From Planctomycetota bacterium (lineage in GTDB: Bacteria > Planctomycetota > UBA8108 > UBA1146), in the NCBI GenBank assembly GCA_032128395.1, contig JAQBGV010000184.1, positions 3,907 through 67,906 on the forward strand: 64,000 bases of DNA, given 5' to 3'. Below the pieces are notes generated by a model that was not told the DNA's origin, did no database searches, and saw only the letters and a program-made list of their open reading frames with translations. Below are positions 9,791-19,795 of this stretch, piece by piece. The stretch's first letter is position 1, and the number at the start of each line of letters is the position of its first letter. The translations under genes and the position numbers were made by a program.

Positions 9791-10662
9791 TCCATCACAA
9801 GGTCCCCCTCGCTCCGTGGATGGGATACCGCACGGGCGGGATCGCGCGGTTCTTCGCCGCTCCGCGGACGGAAAAGGAATTCATTGCGGCCTTGCGATGG
9901 AAGGAGCGGGAAGGGACCCCGTGCTTCATCCTCGGCGGTGGGACGAACACGTTGATCGGAGACGATCTCTTCGATGGCCTGGTGATCGCGACCGCCGGCC
10001 TTCGCGCGAAGAGCACCATCTCCGATGGGCGACTCGAAGTGGGGACGGGGAAGACCCTACCCTCGTTGATCGGCGTGACGGTCCACGCCGGGTGGCAGGG
10101 GCTCGAGGGGTTCATCGGGATCCCGGGGACGATCGGCGGCGCGGTGTGGGGAAACGCCGGTGGCGCGGGGGGGGAGATTCAGCGACTCATCGAATCGGTT
10201 CTGGTCATCGAGAGGAATTCTGCCCCCCATTGGATCGAGGGCGCGACGCTCCCGTGGGACTATCGTCACTCTGGAATCGGTGACAGAGCGATTCTACGGG
10301 TACGCCTCCAGTTGCGTCCCGGATCGGAACCGAAAGCGCTCAAGGACCACGCGAATGCGGTACTTGCGCGGAAGCGTGCCACACAACCGCTCCACGCGCG
10401 GAGCGCCGGTTGCGTCTTTCGCAATCCTCCGGGGGATTCTGCGGGTCGACTGATCGAGGCCGCGGGGTTGAAGGGGACGTCACTCGGGGGAGCCCGGGTC
10501 TCCGATCGGCATGCGAACTTCATCGTCAACGAGGGGTGTGCGACCTCGGGAGAGATTCTCGCACTCATCGAGCGCGTGCGTTCCCGGGTCGCCACAAAGT
10601 TCGGAGTCTCGCTCCAGAGGGAGATCGTGAATGCCACCACGACCGAGGGGTGTCATCCATGA
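9787..10662 (+). CDS. murB: UDP-N-acetylenolpyruvoylglucosamine reductase
   Basis: FAD-binding GGGTN motif, C-terminal RSAGCVFRNP motif; overlaps murC stop. Confidence 0.85.
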   Translation: MIHHKVPLAPWMGYRTGGIARFFAAPRTEKEFIAALRWKEREGTPCFILGGGTNTLIGDDLFDGLVIATAGLRAKSTISDGRLEVGTGKTLPSLIGVTVHAGWQGLEGFIGIPGTIGGAVWGNAGGAGGEIQRLIESVLVIERNSAPHWIEGATLPWDYRHSGIGDRAILRVRLQLRPGSEPKALKDHANAVLARKRATQPLHARSAGCVFRNPPGDSAGRLIEAAGLKGTSLGGARVSDRHANFIVNEGCATSGEILALIERVRSRVATKFGVSLQREIVNATTTEGCHP

Positions 10663-11525
10663 TCCGCGCGATCGAGAGTCGAACATCGGGGAGAGCGGTC
10701 GGGGGGCGCTCCCTCTCAGGATCGATCCGGGCGCTCCTCTTGCTGGTCGGAGCACTCTTGGTGGTCGGCGGATCGATGGCGATGGAGCAACGAGTGTCAC
10801 GGAAGCTGGCGGCAACCGAGGGAGACTGGCAGTTCGTCACCTCAGCGCTCCCGCAGTGGTTTCCGGCCGGCTTCACCGGATGCCTCGCTGACCTCGATCG
10901 AATTCCGAACCAGGTCCCCTTGCGGAGCGCGACCTGGCGACGTCGCATCGCCGCTGCACTCCGCAGCAATCCTTGGATCGAGAATGTTTCCAGAGTCGAG
11001 CGCGCGGTGGATGGGATCGCGTTCGAGGCGCAGTTCCTTCGACCGGCGGTCGCGGTTCGGGCCGATGGTGGGTACCTCCTCATCGACTCGGAGGGATGCG
11101 TGATCGATCTCCAGCCTGGTCCCGAACTGCTCCCTTCCTGGGGAGTCCCGGAGTACATCCCTGGCGGTCGTGAGTTTCCGCGTCTTGCATCGGGGACCCG
11201 CCTCGACGATCCCGAATTCGAGGAGTGTCTCTCTCTCGTGCGCGTTCTCTGGGAGAGCCGGACCCTGGATCGATTTCCCGGCGAGATCCTTGCCCTCGAT
11301 GCCTACACGATGACCGACACCCCAGGGCTCCTCTGGCGGATGCACTCCCGCACCGGGGTTGCCCTCTACTGGGGTCGGGCGCCGGCCTCCACGCATGTGT
11401 CACTCCGACCCGCCGAAGAGAAGATCCGCTCCCTACAGGAGGTTCTCCGCCTCGGGGACCGAATCCGCGGCGCCGGGGGAATCACGCTGCACGGAGCGGA
11501 GCCGATGGTCGTCGGTCGCCTGTGA
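10659..11525 (+). CDS. ftsQ: FtsQ/DivIB-like cell division protein (POTRA-containing bitopic protein); the annotated ORF from 10410 is a 5' extension inside murB
   Basis: Short cytoplasmic N-terminus, single TM (LLLLVGALLVVGG), periplasmic POTRA-like region; position after murB; ATGA overlap with murB stop. Confidence 0.55.
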   Translation: MIRAIESRTSGRAVGGRSLSGSIRALLLLVGALLVVGGSMAMEQRVSRKLAATEGDWQFVTSALPQWFPAGFTGCLADLDRIPNQVPLRSATWRRRIAAALRSNPWIENVSRVERAVDGIAFEAQFLRPAVAVRADGGYLLIDSEGCVIDLQPGPELLPSWGVPEYIPGGREFPRLASGTRLDDPEFEECLSLVRVLWESRTLDRFPGEILALDAYTMTDTPGLLWRMHSRTGVALYWGRAPASTHVSLRPAEEKIRSLQEVLRLGDRIRGAGGITLHGAEPMVVGRL

Positions 11526-11705
11526 TCACCACATTCGGGCCCATCGGACCGGGGGATGCCTCGACTCGGTCTGGCCCTGGTCGGTCGGACTCGTTATCTT
11601 GAGCCCTGATCGAGGGGCGATGGCGAGCATCGAGAACGTTTTTCGGGGCATGACTCCGAAGCGAAGTCCCGATTCTGAAACTGACCACGGAAGGGGAGAG
11701 GCACG

Positions 11706-11951
11706 GTGCAGGCCGATGACCGGTACCGGCGCCTGTTCGGTGAGATCGCTCTGGAGAGCGGATTCGTCGATGCGGCTCAGCTCTACGAGGCCCTGACCGT
11801 TCAGGCGAAGCGCCGCGCCGAGGGGAGGGCTGATAAGCTCCTCGGACAGATTCTCCTCGAGCTGGGATACCTCTCACCCGAGCAGCTGCAGGAGGTCATC
11901 GATCACCTGTACCCCCCGGAGCGGGAGAAGAACCCCGCTCTCGATCAGTAG
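11706..11951 (+). CDS. 81-aa protein made of two tandem MshEN/T2SSE_N-type 24-residue motifs (possible minimal c-di-GMP-binding MshEN domain)
   Basis: LFGEIALESGFVDAAQLYEALTVQ and LLGQILLELGYLSPEQLQEVIDH match the (R)LGxxLxxxGxxxxxxLxxALxxQ tandem motif of GspE/MshE N-terminal domains; good RBS (AGGGGAGAGG) before GTG start. Confidence 0.45.
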   Translation: MQADDRYRRLFGEIALESGFVDAAQLYEALTVQAKRRAEGRADKLLGQILLELGYLSPEQLQEVIDHLYPPEREKNPALDQ

Positions 11952-12054
11952 TCACGACTGGAGAGCGATGACCGAGCGCGACGATGGGCGCGCGTTTCGG
12001 CGGCGAGTGCTCTCACCCGAGGCGGAGCGATGAGACCCGACCCGAGGCGGCACG

Positions 12055-14124
12055 ATGAGTGAAGATCCGAAGCCGAAGCGCCCGAAGGCGCCGGTCCCGA
12101 AGGGTCGGCGTGCGCCGGTCCCCGCGCGCAAGCGGCTAGCAGCTCCCGGGGCCGCCCCCCGCCCTGCGACGCCGTCCCCTCAACAACAACCCGCTTCGGC
12201 CGGTTCTCCCGGTGCGAAGCCACCGGCGACGTCACCTCCACCCGTCGATGCGCAACGAGCATCGGCAGAGAGAGCGCAGGCCGCCGCAGAAGCGCAGTCC
12301 AGGGAAGTGGCGCAAGCCACGGCAGAGCAGCAGGCACGGGTTGCAGCTGCACGCCGAGCTGCGGAGCAGGCCGCACAACATGCTGCGCAGCAGCAGGCGC
12401 TCGCCGAGAAGGCCACTCGCATCGCGGCCGCTCGCGAAGCAGCGGCACGCAAGGCCGCGCAGGAGGCCGCAGCGGGCCAGAGGTCTGCACCCGCTGCTCC
12501 CGCGAAGCGAGCGGTCGGCCCCGCGAGGCCGACCCCTGCACCGCAAGCGAAGTCCCCCCCGCAGCGAATTCCATCGAAGGCCGGAACTCCGACTCCGGCG
12601 ACCAGACCACCGGCTCGTCGCCCCGGTTCTTCTCCAACATCTCCGCCCGCCCGTTCCACCCCCGGCGGAGCGCGCACTCCACCTCAACGAGGCGCCCGGA
12701 CCACTCCCCGCCCCGCTCGACACGCTCCGGCCGTTGCCGGAGCGGAGGGGAAGGAGCAACCTCGGGGTGAGCTCGTGCCCCATGGAGGTGGCAGTTCGAA
12801 GGTCCCACTCATCGGCGGAATCGTGGCGGTGGTCGCCGTCCTCACACTGGGTGGGTTCCTCTACTTGGGCGGGGATCCGGAGCCGGTGCCTGACGAGACG
12901 GCGCGCGTCGAGATCCCTCAGGTGGATCCGCGGCTCGAGGCTTCCAAGAAGGCCCTCGAGCAGGCGATCGCCTACGAGAAGGAGAATCCGCGGGAATTCG
13001 TGGAGATGATCATCCAGTACGACCAGATCGCGGAGGTCTTCGCCAGCCTGCCCCCCGCTGTCGAGTCGGCGGAGAGGAAGGCCGCCGCGGTCGACGCCTG
13101 GCGCAGCGCCGTCGATGTGGCCCGCCAGCAACTCTCGACCGATGTGGATCAACTCGTCGCCAAGTTGCGCTATTCCGAGGCCCTTGCGATGCTGGACTCC
13201 CCGGACCAGGTATTCCAAGGAGCGGATGACTTCTTTTCGCCCGACCATCCGGTACTCCGCTGGATCGGTTCTCGCCGGAAGGAGGTCAAGATCCTCGTCA
13301 CCGCCCAGGCTCGACTCCAGGAGCTGGAGGGCAAGGCCGCGAGGTATGGCGAGCACGAGGAGATCGCTCTGGCGATCCTGGCTGCGTTCCCCGAAAAGTA
13401 CGAGACCGAAGCAGCTCCGGTGTGGAGCCTCAAGCAGGAGACCCTCGCCCAGATCAAGCGCGACGGACTGAGTCGTTGGATCGACACCGAGCAGAGCGCC
13501 GAACTCGATAGGGTCGAGACCGCCAGAGTCCAGGCAGTGGAAGAAGAGAGCCGCCGCGCGGCGCGGTGGGCGAGCCTGAAAGACGGCAAGGCGTGGTTCC
13601 CACACCTCGGGAGGCACAACCTCTACAACTGGATCTCGACCAGCGACGCGATCCGACAGGAACCCCAGTGGCGGTTGACCGTGCGCGAGGACCAACCCCT
13701 GTTGATCGCGGACAACGGCTACGGCAACGACATGTGGATCGGGCCTTTCACGAATCACTGGAAGGACTACGTGCTCGAGTTCGAGATGCGTCTCCTCCGG
13801 GGCGAGGTGTCGGTCTCACCTCGCACGACTCTCACCTCAGGGGAGTACGTACGAACGATCGGGGATCAAACGAGCCCGATGTTCGTGTTCTCCGAGGCAA
13901 ACGGTGTCGCGGCCGGGAAATGGGTTCGCGTGACGATCGAGGTGAACGGCACTTCGCTACGAGCGGACGTGGCGGGACGATCCGAGCCACTCGTACTCGA
14001 CCCCGAAGAGTCCCGTATCCCCGAACTGGGCGGATTCATCTTCTGGGTTCCCGATGGCTCTCAGGTCGAGCTGCGCGGAATTCAGAGCAAGCTCATCAAC
14101 TCGACTCGCGACGGTCCCTTCTGA
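12055..14124 (+). CDS. Bitopic membrane protein with a basic Ala/Gln/Pro-rich low-complexity cytoplasmic N-terminal region (~260 aa), one TM helix, and a periplasmic C-terminal beta-sandwich (DUF1080 / concanavalin-like) domain
   Basis: Composition and hydrophobic segment VPLIGGIVAVVAVLTLGGFLYLGG; C-terminal WKDYVLEFEM...GKWVRVTIEVNG resembles 3-keto-disaccharide hydrolase/DUF1080 fold; antisense ORFs here rejected. Confidence 0.5.
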   Translation: MSEDPKPKRPKAPVPKGRRAPVPARKRLAAPGAAPRPATPSPQQQPASAGSPGAKPPATSPPPVDAQRASAERAQAAAEAQSREVAQATAEQQARVAAARRAAEQAAQHAAQQQALAEKATRIAAAREAAARKAAQEAAAGQRSAPAAPAKRAVGPARPTPAPQAKSPPQRIPSKAGTPTPATRPPARRPGSSPTSPPARSTPGGARTPPQRGARTTPRPARHAPAVAGAEGKEQPRGELVPHGGGSSKVPLIGGIVAVVAVLTLGGFLYLGGDPEPVPDETARVEIPQVDPRLEASKKALEQAIAYEKENPREFVEMIIQYDQIAEVFASLPPAVESAERKAAAVDAWRSAVDVARQQLSTDVDQLVAKLRYSEALAMLDSPDQVFQGADDFFSPDHPVLRWIGSRRKEVKILVTAQARLQELEGKAARYGEHEEIALAILAAFPEKYETEAAPVWSLKQETLAQIKRDGLSRWIDTEQSAELDRVETARVQAVEEESRRAARWASLKDGKAWFPHLGRHNLYNWISTSDAIRQEPQWRLTVREDQPLLIADNGYGNDMWIGPFTNHWKDYVLEFEMRLLRGEVSVSPRTTLTSGEYVRTIGDQTSPMFVFSEANGVAAGKWVRVTIEVNGTSLRADVAGRSEPLVLDPEESRIPELGGFIFWVPDGSQVELRGIQSKLINSTRDGPF

Positions 14125-14312
14125 CGCGAAGCGCCGAAGGGCTTCGGTTGCCGCGAAGAATTTTCCTTCGTCGGTCAGGCTCGAAACGGGTAGTGGTAGG
14201 GCCGTCCGGGACCAGCTGCCAGAGCGGCAGGGTGCGGAGCCCGGGGGTGACCAGCCCCTGTCGATCTGGCAGGCGATGCGGCCGCGGTGGTCCCAGCGAT
14301 TCCGTAAGTGGT

Positions 14313-14347
14313 TCTCTGGCAAGAATTTCCGCTCCCCCTCCGCATCT
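14313..14347 (+). promoter_or_regulatory. Possible sigma-32-type heat-shock promoter upstream of groEL copy 1
   Basis: TCTCTGGCAAGAA ... CCCCCTCCGCATCT resembles TCTCnCCCTTGAA-N13-15-CCCCATnT; about 95 bp before groEL start; no CIRCE seen. Confidence 0.3.
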
Positions 14348-14440
14348 CTAGTTGGCCCTCTCTTTGCTCCGCCGCGACGACTCTGGCCCATGATCTGAAG
14401 CTCGGTCCGGAGCGGACTCTCCGGCAAGGAGGAAGCAAAG

Positions 14441-16072
14441 ATGGCAAAGCAGATCACATTCGACGACGCGGCCCGAGAGGCGCTGCTCGCCGGAGTGAGG
14501 AAGTTCGCCCGCGCGGTGAAGTCTACCCTCGGCCCTCGGGGTCGGTACGCGGTCATCGATCGCGGATGGGGTGCACCGAAACTCACCAAGGACGGCGCGA
14601 CCGTCGGAGACGAAGTCGAGCTCGGGGACCCGGTCCAGAACATCGCAGCCCGCATGATGCGGGAGGCAGCCGACAAGACCGCGAAAGAGGCGGGAGACGG
14701 GAGCACCACCGCGACCGTACTCGCGGAGGCGATCTTCCGTAACGGTCTCCGCAACGTCGTCGCCGGGGCGAACCCGATCCTGATCCAACGCGGGATCGCG
14801 GCCGCCGCCACGCGGGTGATCGACCGTCTGCACGAGATGGCATTCGAAGTCGAGGGTGACGAGCTCGTCCACGTCGCTACGATCGCCGCCAACAACGATG
14901 CGGTGATCGGAAAGCAGATCGCGAAGGCGCTCAGCGCAGTTGGCGAAGATGGTGTGATCAGCATTCAAGAGGGGAAGAGCCTCGAGACCACGCTCGACGT
15001 GGTGGAGGGTCTTCACTTCGACCGGGGGTACCTCTCCCAGTACTTCATCACCGATGCTGAAGCGTCGAAGGCGGTCATCGAAGATCCGTACATTCTCATC
15101 CTAGAGGAGAAGATCTCGAACCTCAGCCAGATCATTCCGGTGATGGAAGCAGTGCTCCAGAAGAAGAAGCCGCTCCTTTTCATCGCCGAGGACATCGATG
15201 GTGAGGCTCTCTCGACCCTAGTCGTGAACAACATGCGGGGCGTGCTGCGCTGCGCAGCGGTCAAGGCGCCGGGGTACGGCGATCGCCGGAAGGAGATGCT
15301 GACCGATATCGCGACCGCGACCGGGGGAACCGTGATCTTCAAAGATCTCGGCCTCGAGCCGGACTCGATCACCCTCGCCCACCTCGGTCGGGCGAAGAGG
15401 GTGGAGATCACCAGCAATCAGACGACGATCATCCGCGGGGCTGGCAAGAAGACTGCGGTCGAGGAGAGGGTCCGCCAGATCCGCCTCGAGCTGGAAGAAG
15501 CCCGGAGCGACTACGACAAGGAGAAGCTCCAAGAGCGGCTCGCTCGGCTCGTCGGCGGGATCGCCGAGATTCGCGTCGGGGGGGCCAGTGAGGCTGAGGT
15601 CAAGGAGCGGAAGAAGCGCTACGAGAACGCACTGAGTGCTACGCGATCCGCGGCCGAAGAGGGGATCCTCCCCGGGGGCGGGGTCGCGTTGATCCACGCG
15701 GGCGACGCGGTGTCTGTGATGCGCCTCAAGGACCCTCAGGAGAAGGTCGGAGCGCAGATCCTCGCGGTGGCTCTGGAGGCTCCGTTCCGTCAGCTCGCTC
15801 GAAACTCGGGGGAGGAGCCGAGCCAACTGCTCCGCAAGATTCGGGCTGCAAAAGAGCCGAGCTGGGGATTCGACTTCATGAAGAAAGAGGAGTGCGACCT
15901 GATCGAGTCCGGCGTCATCGACAGCTGCAGAGTCGTCACTTCGGCCCTGAAGAACGCTGTCTCGGTGGCGACGATGATCCTCACCTCGGACGCGGTGATC
16001 ACTGAGATTCCGAAGGAGACCGAGGACGAGCACGACCACGACCACGATGAGGCTGGGTTCGGCGGGTTCTGA
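14441..16072 (+). CDS. groEL: Chaperonin GroEL, copy 1, with His/Asp-rich C-terminal tail (HDHDHDEAGFGGF) instead of a GGM repeat
   Basis: MAKQITFDDAAREALLAGV..., GDGSTTATVLA ATP-binding motif, full-length Cpn60. Confidence 0.9.
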   Translation: MAKQITFDDAAREALLAGVRKFARAVKSTLGPRGRYAVIDRGWGAPKLTKDGATVGDEVELGDPVQNIAARMMREAADKTAKEAGDGSTTATVLAEAIFRNGLRNVVAGANPILIQRGIAAAATRVIDRLHEMAFEVEGDELVHVATIAANNDAVIGKQIAKALSAVGEDGVISIQEGKSLETTLDVVEGLHFDRGYLSQYFITDAEASKAVIEDPYILILEEKISNLSQIIPVMEAVLQKKKPLLFIAEDIDGEALSTLVVNNMRGVLRCAAVKAPGYGDRRKEMLTDIATATGGTVIFKDLGLEPDSITLAHLGRAKRVEITSNQTTIIRGAGKKTAVEERVRQIRLELEEARSDYDKEKLQERLARLVGGIAEIRVGGASEAEVKERKKRYENALSATRSAAEEGILPGGGVALIHAGDAVSVMRLKDPQEKVGAQILAVALEAPFRQLARNSGEEPSQLLRKIRAAKEPSWGFDFMKKEECDLIESGVIDSCRVVTSALKNAVSVATMILTSDAVITEIPKETEDEHDHDHDEAGFGGF

Positions 16073-16121
16073 TCGAGCGATCGTTCACCAGCACAACACA
16101 CTGACCGGATGGATGACGAGC

Positions 16122-17735
16122 ATGTCCAAGCAGATCCTTTTCGACGACGAGGCGCGCCGCCAGATGCTCTCCGGAGTACGCCAGCTCGCCCGGGCGGTCG
16201 GGCTCACGTATGGCCCCTCGGGGCGAAACGTGATGATCAATAAGAGTCTCGGCAAGGTGAGCGTAACGCGTGACGGCCTGAACGTCTCGCGCGAGGTCGA
16301 GATCGAGGAGCCGTTCCAGAACATGGGCGCAAAACTGCTCGGCGAAGTCGCGCAGAGGACCCACAAGGAGGTAGGGGATGGCACTACGAGCGCGGTGATC
16401 CTCGCGGACTCACTGATCCTCGAAGGACAACGATACGTTGGCCACGGCGTCAATCCGATCGCCCTCCGCGTTGGGATCGAGAAGGGCGTCGCGAGTGCGG
16501 TGGCCGCTCTCGAGAAGAGCGCGATTCCGGTCGACCAGCGCAAGATGATCGAACAGGTAGGAACGATCGCGAGCAATGACGCGGAGCTTGGCCAGCTCTT
16601 CGGCGAAGCGATGCACAAGGTCGGACTCCAGGGAGTCGTCACCGTGGAGGAGACCGACGGTGTAGAGACCCTCCTCGACCTGGTCGATGGATTCGAGATC
16701 GACAAGGGCTACGTCTCTCCCTATTTCATCACCGATGCCCAGAACCTAGAGGCGGTCCTCGATGACGTGCTGATCCTCGTCACCGACCGGAAGATTTCCT
16801 CGCTCGCCGAGATCCTCCCTGTGCTCGAGCAAGTGGTCACTTCCGGGAAACCGCTGCTCATCGTCGCCGATGACGTCACCGGCGAGGCTCTCGCCGCGCT
16901 GATTCTCAATCGGCTTCGGGGAGTCCTGAAGGTCGCCGCGATCAAGGCTCCGGGATTCGGAGATCGTCGCAAGGCGCTCCTCGAGGACTTCGCCGTGATG
17001 ACCGGCGGGACCTTCTTCGCGAAGGACACGGGCTTCGAATGGAGCAACACGACGACGAATGACCTCGGCCGGGCGAAGAGAGTCGAGATCTCGAAGGACA
17101 AGACGATCGTCTTCAAGGGGGCGGGGAAGAAGGCCGAGGTCGATGCTCGCTGCCGTCAAATCGAGGCGCAGATCGAGCAGACCACTTCGACCTACGACAA
17201 GGAGAAGCTCGAGGAGCGTCTCGCCAAGATCTCGGGGCAGATCGCAGTGATCCGGATCGGTGGCCATTCGGCAGTCGAGATCAAGGAGCGGAAGGGCCGC
17301 GCCGATAATGCGCTCCACGCCACCCGCGCGGCGATGGAGGAAGGGGTGATCCCAGGGGCGGGGACCGGTTACATCCGAGCTATCGCCGCAGTTCGGGAAA
17401 CACGGACCCGCGGTGACGAGAAGTTCGGGGTCGAGGTGGTCGCGCGAGCGTTGCGGGCCCCGCTGGTCCGGCTCGTCGACAATCTGGGACTCGACGGCCA
17501 GGCGATCGCGGGCGAAGTCGAGGAGCGTGGGGCCAAGGACGAGATTCACCACGGGTTCCTTGCGCAGAGCGGAAAAATTGTCGACCTGGTCCGCGCCGGC
17601 GTTCTCGATGCGGTGAAGGTGAGCCGGGTCTCGCTCCAGAACGCGGCGAGCGTGGCATCCCTCTACCTGACATCGGACACCGCGATCACGAATGTCGAGA
17701 AGAAGTCGGCGCCGGTCGAAGGGGCGATGCACTGA
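16122..17735 (+). CDS. groEL: Chaperonin GroEL, copy 2 (the annotated ORF from 16047 is a 5' extension)
   Basis: [16 protein letters not shown]..., [11 protein letters not shown] motif, full-length Cpn60; 50 bp after copy 1. Confidence 0.9.
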   Translation: MSKQILFDDEARRQMLSGVRQLARAVGLTYGPSGRNVMINKSLGKVSVTRDGLNVSREVEIEEPFQNMGAKLLGEVAQRTHKEVGDGTTSAVILADSLILEGQRYVGHGVNPIALRVGIEKGVASAVAALEKSAIPVDQRKMIEQVGTIASNDAELGQLFGEAMHKVGLQGVVTVEETDGVETLLDLVDGFEIDKGYVSPYFITDAQNLEAVLDDVLILVTDRKISSLAEILPVLEQVVTSGKPLLIVADDVTGEALAALILNRLRGVLKVAAIKAPGFGDRRKALLEDFAVMTGGTFFAKDTGFEWSNTTTNDLGRAKRVEISKDKTIVFKGAGKKAEVDARCRQIEAQIEQTTSTYDKEKLEERLAKISGQIAVIRIGGHSAVEIKERKGRADNALHATRAAMEEGVIPGAGTGYIRAIAAVRETRTRGDEKFGVEVVARALRAPLVRLVDNLGLDGQAIAGEVEERGAKDEIHHGFLAQSGKIVDLVRAGVLDAVKVSRVSLQNAASVASLYLTSDTAITNVEKKSAPVEGAMH

Positions 17736-17757
17736 TCGTCTCCAGGGGAGTGCTTCG

Positions 17758-18882
17758 ATGAGCCCTCGGGACTACTACGAAGTCCTCGGAGTATCTCGCG
17801 AGGCGGGCTCCGAGGAGATCAAGAAGGCCTACCGTCAGCGGGCCCTGAAACATCATCCGGACAAGAACCCGGGGGATGCGGAGGCGGAGCGTCGATTCAA
17901 GGAGGCCGCCGAGGCGTACGACGTCCTCCGCAACGGTGAGAAACGGTCGGCGTACGATCGGTTCGGTCACGCGGGCCTCACCGGGGCGGGTGCTGCACCA
18001 TCAGGATTCTCGAACGTCGAAGATATCTTCTCGGTGTTCGGGGACATCTTCGGCGGCGGTTCGATCTTCGAGGACATTTTCGGCGGGGCCGGCGGGCGCG
18101 TGCATTCGCAGCAGGGCGAAAACCTGCGCGTCGAGATTCCTATTTCGTTCAATGAAGCGGGAAACGGGACGCACCGGGAACTCGCCGTTACCCGACGTGT
18201 TGCCTGTTCCACCTGCGGCGGCAACGGCGCGCGTCCCGGGACAGAACCGACGGTGTGCAATCTCTGCCGCGGCGTGGGCCAGGTCCAGCAGTCCCAGGGT
18301 TTCTTCTCCATTCGATCGGTCTGTCCGCAGTGCCGCGGGGATGGGATGCGGAACGAGAATCCGTGCCAGGACTGTCGCGGCGATGGTCGTCAGCGACGCA
18401 AGGATGATGTCCGGGTCGAGATCCCCGCCGGGGTTCACGATGGAACCCGCATTCGGGTCACGGGGCGAGGCAACGATGGTCACCGCGGGGGCCCAGCGGG
18501 GGACCTGCACGTCGTGATCCGGCTCGAAGCACATGAGTTCTTCCAGAGGCTCGAGAACGACGTTCTCTTCGAACTGCCGGTTTCATACTCCCAAGCGGTT
18601 CTCGGCGCCAAGGTCGAGGTCCCAACCCTGCGCGGGCGCGCGACGATGTCGATCCCGGGGGGAACCCAGAGTGGGGAGATCCTGCGCCTCCGGGGGCAGG
18701 GGTTCCCGAGCCTGCACGGCCATCGGCCGGGAGACCAGCTGGTCAAGGTGGTCGTGGACGTTCCCAAGAAGCTCAGTAGCGAGCAGGAGGAGATTCTCCG
18801 ACGGCTCGCTGAACTGGAGGAGAAGGAGGTCGGCTCCCGCCGTCACACCTTCTTCGAAAAGTTGAGGAATTACTTCGAGTGA
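17758..18882 (+). CDS. dnaJ: Molecular chaperone DnaJ (type I, four CxxCxGxG repeats)
   Basis: J domain with HPD (KHHPDKNP), Gly/Phe-rich region, [32 protein letters not shown] zinc finger. Confidence 0.9.
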   Translation: MSPRDYYEVLGVSREAGSEEIKKAYRQRALKHHPDKNPGDAEAERRFKEAAEAYDVLRNGEKRSAYDRFGHAGLTGAGAAPSGFSNVEDIFSVFGDIFGGGSIFEDIFGGAGGRVHSQQGENLRVEIPISFNEAGNGTHRELAVTRRVACSTCGGNGARPGTEPTVCNLCRGVGQVQQSQGFFSIRSVCPQCRGDGMRNENPCQDCRGDGRQRRKDDVRVEIPAGVHDGTRIRVTGRGNDGHRGGPAGDLHVVIRLEAHEFFQRLENDVLFELPVSYSQAVLGAKVEVPTLRGRATMSIPGGTQSGEILRLRGQGFPSLHGHRPGDQLVKVVVDVPKKLSSEQEEILRRLAELEEKEVGSRRHTFFEKLRNYFE

Positions 18883-18895
18883 GGACTCGGAACCG

Positions 18896-19468
18896 ATGAA
18901 CCTCTCCCATGAACCGCGTCCCCACGAGGACGAACTCGCCGAGGATCAGAATTCGCAGGCCTCCGATGGATCTTCTCCAGAGGGGGAGAGCAGCGACACC
19001 GATCCGATGGACGACCTCGAGGACGAATCTGCGACCCAACTCCTGATGTACATCGACCGACTGCAGAGGCTGCAGGCGGAATTCGACAACTTCCGAAAGC
19101 GGAGCCAGCAAGAGCTCCGGGACCGCGAGGAGCGCACGATCGCGCGGGTGATCCGCCAGATCCTTCCGGTGATCGATGATCTCCGGCACGCTGCCCGCGC
19201 TGAGGAGCAGGCAGGGGAGGGGATCGGCGAGGGATTGCGCATCATTCTCGACAAGGTCGGAGCGTTGTTGCTGGAGCTCTCCATCGAAGAGATTCCGGCG
19301 AAGGGAGAGCCGTTCGATCCTCGCTGGCACGAGGCGATGGTCCATCAGGAGAGTGACGAGGTGTCGCCCGGCGCCGTCCTCACAGAGCTCGAGCGAGGAT
19401 ACCGCCTCCGGGATACCCTCGTCCGACCGGCGCGAGTGATCGTCGCCAAGTCGCCGAAGGGGGAGTGA
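18896..19468 (+). CDS. grpE: Nucleotide exchange factor GrpE
   Basis: Acidic N-terminus, coiled-coil LQRLQAEFDNFRKR, C-terminal GEPFDPRWHEAM motif. Confidence 0.85.
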   Translation: MNLSHEPRPHEDELAEDQNSQASDGSSPEGESSDTDPMDDLEDESATQLLMYIDRLQRLQAEFDNFRKRSQQELRDREERTIARVIRQILPVIDDLRHAARAEEQAGEGIGEGLRIILDKVGALLLELSIEEIPAKGEPFDPRWHEAMVHQESDEVSPGAVLTELERGYRLRDTLVRPARVIVAKSPKGE

Positions 19469-19471
19469 GGT

Positions 19472-19795
19472 GTGCCGACCTACGAGTACGAGTGTGAGGG
19501 ATGTAGCCATCGCTTCGAGCGCTTCCAGCCGATGGGGAGTCCGATCCCGAAGAGCTGTCCAGAGTGCAGGAAGCGAAAGATCCGCCGATTGATCGGGAGT
19601 GGCGCAGGTATCATTTTCCGCGGGAGTGGCTTCTACCAGACCGACTACCGTAGCGCGGACTATCAGAAACGCGCGAAGGAGGACTCGGGAGGAGCGTCGG
19701 GAGGAAAGAGCGAGAAGCCGAAAAAGGCCGACACCGCGAAGGGCGGTGACACCAGTGGCGGCGAGAAGAAGAAGTCCCCCGGGAGCGACACGTGA
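19472..19795 (+). CDS. FmdB-family zinc-ribbon protein with Lys/Gly-rich tail
   Basis: MPTYEYECEGCSHRFE...CPECRK CxxC-x-CxxC pattern typical of FmdB/putative regulatory zinc ribbon. Confidence 0.6.
   Translation: MPTYEYECEGCSHRFERFQPMGSPIPKSCPECRKRKIRRLIGSGAGIIFRGSGFYQTDYRSADYQKRAKEDSGGASGGKSEKPKKADTAKGGDTSGGEKKKSPGSDT

Noticed and set aside
11945-12808. 287-aa minus-strand ORF in the gap after the MshEN mini-gene
   Set aside because: It largely overlaps the 5' end of the 12055..14124 gene, which has a TM helix and C-terminal domain. It shows no motifs, so it is judged an antisense artefact. Confidence is moderate, not high.
14125-14440. Search for groES or a CIRCE element upstream of groEL
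   Set aside because: No ORF with GroES-like sequence and no TTAGCACTC-N9-GAGTGCTAA inverted repeat is visible. Only a weak hairpin (CCGAAG-ggc-CTTCGG at 14134-14148), without a T-run, and a sigma-32-like motif are present.
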